A DNA stretch of 38,586 nt from an uncultured Nitrospirota bacterium. GTDB lineage: Bacteria > Nitrospirota > Nitrospiria > SBBL01 > CAZOFZ01. The stretch's first letter is position 1. Each line of letters begins with the position of its first letter. The translations under genes were made by a program, and so were the position numbers. The stretch spans positions 1-38,586 of the forward strand of contig CAZOFZ010000003.1 in the NCBI GenBank assembly GCA_964579175.1, written 5' to 3'. The notes under the pieces were generated by a model. That model saw nothing but the letters and a program-made list of their open reading frames with translations, had not been told where the DNA came from and did no database searches. Positions 35,612-38,586 of the stretch are shown here, one piece after another.

Positions 35612-36647
35612 AATCATCGGCCATGCCGGCCCCCTTTCGGCGTTGCAGTCTATCCTACGCGCTGGCCTACGCACGGACCCACACACGGGCCTGGGTACCG
35701 GCGGCATGCCCCATGCCATGCTCTTCACGGGCGATGCGGGGATCGGGAAAAAGATGGCTGCGCACGCCTTTTCGCAAACCCTCCTCTGTCAAAACAGGGT
35801 GGAGACCGGCCCATTTATCGAGCCGTGCAATGGCTGTCTCGCCTGTCGCAAGGTGGCCAGCCGAAACCACCCCGACTTTTCGATGCTGGCACCCGAAGGC
35901 AACTTCATCAAAATTGACGCGATTCGTCAGCTCCAGGAGCAGATCGTCTTTGGGCCGCTGGATGGAGAGAAGAAGCTGATCCTGATTGACGACGCCGACC
36001 AGATGAACGCGGCGGCGGCCAACAGCCTGCTCAAAACCTTGGAAGAGCCGCCCCCCTACGTCCTCCTGATCCTGATTGCAGCCCGCCCCGCGTCCCTGCC
36101 GGAGACCGTCCTTTCGCGCTGTCAAAAGGTGGCCTTTCACCCCCCCGCATACTCGGTCATCGAGGCCTTTTTGATGGAGCGGAAGGGGTGGACTACGCAG
36201 GAGGCCCGATTGGTCGTGGCCCTCACCGGAGGCCAGATCGGCGCGGCCCTGGCGCTGGACATCGAGACGGCCCGCCAAAGAGAAGCGGAACTGCACGCCC
36301 TGGTGGCCGAGGAGACCCTGGCCACCTATGATCGCTTGTTCGAGATGGCCAAACGCCACGCCGACGATGCCGATATAATGAACGCGGCGCTTGCGTATCT
36401 TGCGGGATGGTTTCGGGATGTCCTGGTCGTGCATGCCGTGAGGACGGAGGTGGACCCCGCCTTACTGGTCTATTCTTTCCGGGCCGAGGAGATTAAACGG
36501 TGGGCAAAGCGGATGGGTCCCCACGAAACCTACACGTTTCTGGCCCGGATTCAGGAAATTTACAAGGCCCAGACGCGCAACATCAACAAACAACTGGCGA
36601 TGGAGACGCTTCTGATGACCCTCCGCGATACACTCGGACACCGCTAA
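35595..36647 (+). CDS. holB: DNA polymerase III delta-prime subunit
   Basis: HAMLFTGDAGIGKKMAAHAFSQTLLC, a zinc-module C-x2-C-x2-C (CNGCLACRKV), and LLKTLEEPP. It overlaps tmk by 17 nt. Confidence 0.9.
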   Translation: MPSFHEIIGHAGPLSALQSILRAGLRTDPHTGLGTGGMPHAMLFTGDAGIGKKMAAHAFSQTLLCQNRVETGPFIEPCNGCLACRKVASRNHPDFSMLAPEGNFIKIDAIRQLQEQIVFGPLDGEKKLILIDDADQMNAAAANSLLKTLEEPPPYVLLILIAARPASLPETVLSRCQKVAFHPPAYSVIEAFLMERKGWTTQEARLVVALTGGQIGAALALDIETARQREAELHALVAEETLATYDRLFEMAKRHADDADIMNAALAYLAGWFRDVLVVHAVRTEVDPALLVYSFRAEEIKRWAKRMGPHETYTFLARIQEIYKAQTRNINKQLAMETLLMTLRDTLGHR

Positions 36648-36772
36648 AAACCGACTGTGCGTCCAAACGGCTGCGTTGCGCGCGGGCGTGCCGACGCCTG
36701 TGGGTGGCGCGGCCACTGCGGTGCGTGCGACGCCGGTGTGTCCCGCATCCGAGTCTCGCACGTCCGGTTTTT
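36646..36772. terminator. GC-rich structured intergenic element between convergent holB and rmuC (possible bidirectional terminator)
   Basis: AAAAACCGACTGTGCG (36646-36661) is an imperfect inverted repeat of CGCACGTCCGGTTTTT (36757-36772). An A-run and a T-run flank the stem. Internal hairpins include GTGGC-GCG-GCCAC. Confidence 0.4.
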
Positions 36773-38159
36773 AGATCGGCACTTCCGGGGGTTGTGGAAG
36801 GCGTGTTGCGGTGTCCACGGGGGCGGGTGGCGTGATCGCTTTGCCGGTGCCTGCGCCCATTTCCTGAATCCGTCGTGCGCTCGGCAAGACCCGTGCCTCA
36901 AGCGAGCCGATTGCCGCATTGTATCTCTGGGTGGCCTGATCCAATCCCTTTCCCACGCCTGCCAGATGCTCGATCATCGTGCAGAGCCGTTCGTATAGCT
37001 CCCGCCCCGCGTTTCTGATTTCCTCGGCGTTCTGCGTCGCCTTTTCCTGCTGCCAGCCATAGGAAACCGCTTTGAGTAGGGCGATCAGCGTGGTCGGCGT
37101 CGCCAGAATCACCCGCTCCGACACCCCCTGTTCGATCAGGCTGGGGTCTTCCAAAAGTGCCGCGCTGAAAAACGATTCTGCAGGAAGGAAGAGGAAGACA
37201 AACTCGGGGGAGGGACGAAATTGGCTCCAGTACGCTTTGCCGCCGAGCTGTTTCATATGCTCCCGGACGCGGCGCGCATGATCTTGCAGGTGTCCCTTCC
37301 GGATCGTTTCGTCCGACGCTTCGCAGGCTGCATGATAAGCCGCAACCGGCGCTTTTGCGTCAACGACAATCTGCCGGCCTCCCGGCAATTGAATGACAAG
37401 GTCGGGAATCAGGCGCGTCGTATCGCCTCCCCCCTGCTGCGCCGTGAAATCGCAATGAGCGACCATGCCGGCAAGCTCCACCACGCGGCGAAGCTGCATC
37501 TCGCCCCAACGCCCGCCCGCGCGCGGCGCGGTCAATGCCTTCGTCAGCCCCGCCGCCTCCGCCTGCCATTGCCGCTGTGCGTCGGAGAGGCCCGAAACCT
37601 GCCGGCTCAAACCCTGGTAGGCGGTCTCCCGCGTCGTCTCCAAACCCTTGATCTGGATGTCGAACTTTTCCAGCGCCACCTTGATCGGTTCGACCAGATG
37701 GCCGATGGCCTGTTGACGGGTGTCGAGATCCCCTTTGGCCGTCTCCTGAAACTTCTCCAACGTGGCCTTCGCGAGATCCAAAAAAGAGGCGCTGTTCCCT
37801 TGAAGCGCATCGAGCGAAAGCGATTTGAAGGTGTCGGTTAATTGCGCCCTTTCTTCCCGAATGAGCAGGAGCTTTTCGTCCGCCGCCTCGCGTTCTTTTG
37901 CCCGGGCCGTTTCCGATTCGGACTGGGCAACCTTCAGGGCGACCACCTCATCCTGCAGGCCGGAGATTTGCGCGTCCCGTTCGGCCAGATCGTTTTTGAG
38001 TTCCGTGTACGCCGCCTCACGTCCCGCCAGTTTTTCTTTCAGGACTGCCATCTCCTGTTGCGATGCGGCCTCGGCCCCCTTGAGACGGAACGCCCAAACT
38101 GCAAGAGCGGCTGCCATAACAAACCCCAACGCTGCAATCCATCCGATCATGTCGATCAC
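36771..38159 (-). CDS. rmuC: DNA recombination protein RmuC
   Basis: 462 aa. It has an N-terminal TM anchor, a long coiled-coil region and a C-terminal RmuC nuclease-like domain (VVDAKAP...FVFLFLPAESFF...). GTG start with GGAG 7 nt upstream. Confidence 0.85.
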   Translation of the reverse strand: MIDMIGWIAALGFVMAAALAVWAFRLKGAEAASQQEMAVLKEKLAGREAAYTELKNDLAERDAQISGLQDEVVALKVAQSESETARAKEREAADEKLLLIREERAQLTDTFKSLSLDALQGNSASFLDLAKATLEKFQETAKGDLDTRQQAIGHLVEPIKVALEKFDIQIKGLETTRETAYQGLSRQVSGLSDAQRQWQAEAAGLTKALTAPRAGGRWGEMQLRRVVELAGMVAHCDFTAQQGGGDTTRLIPDLVIQLPGGRQIVVDAKAPVAAYHAACEASDETIRKGHLQDHARRVREHMKQLGGKAYWSQFRPSPEFVFLFLPAESFFSAALLEDPSLIEQGVSERVILATPTTLIALLKAVSYGWQQEKATQNAEEIRNAGRELYERLCTMIEHLAGVGKGLDQATQRYNAAIGSLEARVLPSARRIQEMGAGTGKAITPPAPVDTATRLPQPPEVPI

Positions 38160-38195
38160 GGAAATACTCCAGATATGGCAATGATGGGGGGCTGT

Positions 38196-38501
38196 TTAAG
38201 AATCCGGATCGGTGGGACGGGTCTTCCGACCCGCGTGTTCTGCAGGCGTGAGGGCTGACACCGAGAGGGCGTGAATCTCCCCCTGCATCTCCTGCGCGAG
38301 GGCCTGGAAGACCAGCCGATTGCGATTTAGCCGCGAGACCCCCTCAAATTGCCTGGAGACCACACGGAGAATAAAGTGGCCACCACCCGCAGAGGCGCCC
38401 GCATGCCCGGCATGCTTCCAACTCTCGTCCACGATTTCAACCGCTTCGGCCCCCAACGCCTCGGCCATCCTTCGCCTGATTTTATCTTGTGTATCGGACA
38501 T
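38196..38501 (-). CDS. BolA-family protein
   Basis: The ATG at 38501 gives MSDTQDKIRRRMAEALGAEAVEIVDESWKHAGHAG...HFILRVVSRQFEGVSRLNRNRLVFQAL...IHALSVSALTPAE. Confidence 0.8.
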   Translation of the reverse strand: MSDTQDKIRRRMAEALGAEAVEIVDESWKHAGHAGASAGGGHFILRVVSRQFEGVSRLNRNRLVFQALAQEMQGEIHALSVSALTPAEHAGRKTRPTDPDS

Positions 38502-38586
38502 CACCCCTCCGCTTCCGCAACCTCCCTCTCGTCCTCCTGCACCTGGAGCGCCGCCACGACCGGTTGAAAGCACCGGACTGCCGGAG

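Overview
Origin-proximal segment of a high-GC (roughly 57-62% by hand counts) bacterial chromosome. No rRNA, tRNA or CRISPR array was recognised. Left to right: (1) a minus-strand operon with a tetrahaem periplasmic cytochrome c, a pentahaem lipoprotein cytochrome c and an outer-membrane beta-barrel. It faces a stand-alone CcmF-type haem lyase and sits next to a PAS histidine kinase / sigma-54 (NtrC-type) response regulator pair. (2) An orphan MntA-type nucleotidyltransferase antitoxin whose HepT (HEPN) toxin partner is cut down to 18 codons. The cut lies exactly at the left edge of a roughly 13-kb surface-polysaccharide island of mosaic, mostly low GC. The island holds Wzx, glycosyltransferases, a hexapeptide acetyltransferase with a G9 tract, a methyltransferase, an epimerase, a Wzy-like protein, AsnB and a divergent alkaline-phosphatase-fold protein. 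(3) A frameshifted TM-GAF pseudogene, then gmd-fcl bracketed by imperfect ~65-bp direct repeats, then a ~215-bp MITE-like palindromic element. A 29-nt block of that element recurs upstream of gyrB. (4) An AT-rich putative oriC followed by dnaA-dnaN-gyrB. dnaA and dnaN are conspicuously lower in GC than their flanks, and recF and rpmH/rnpA are absent. (5) An HxlR regulator, a protoglobin, a second HxlR regulator and a tandem-SnoaL protein, with palindromic candidate operators. (6) An IS481-like transposase remnant, a thioredoxin-like 2Fe-2S ferredoxin, a perfectly palindromic parS site, a DsbA-like protein, tmk, holB, rmuC and a bolA-like gene. The most interesting candidates are the compact porin-cytochrome module with its dedicated CcmF, the MITE-like element and repeat architecture around gmd-fcl, the compositionally odd origin module, and the possibly phase-variable acetyltransferase. 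All calls come from reading the sequence and recalling family motifs. No database search was run.
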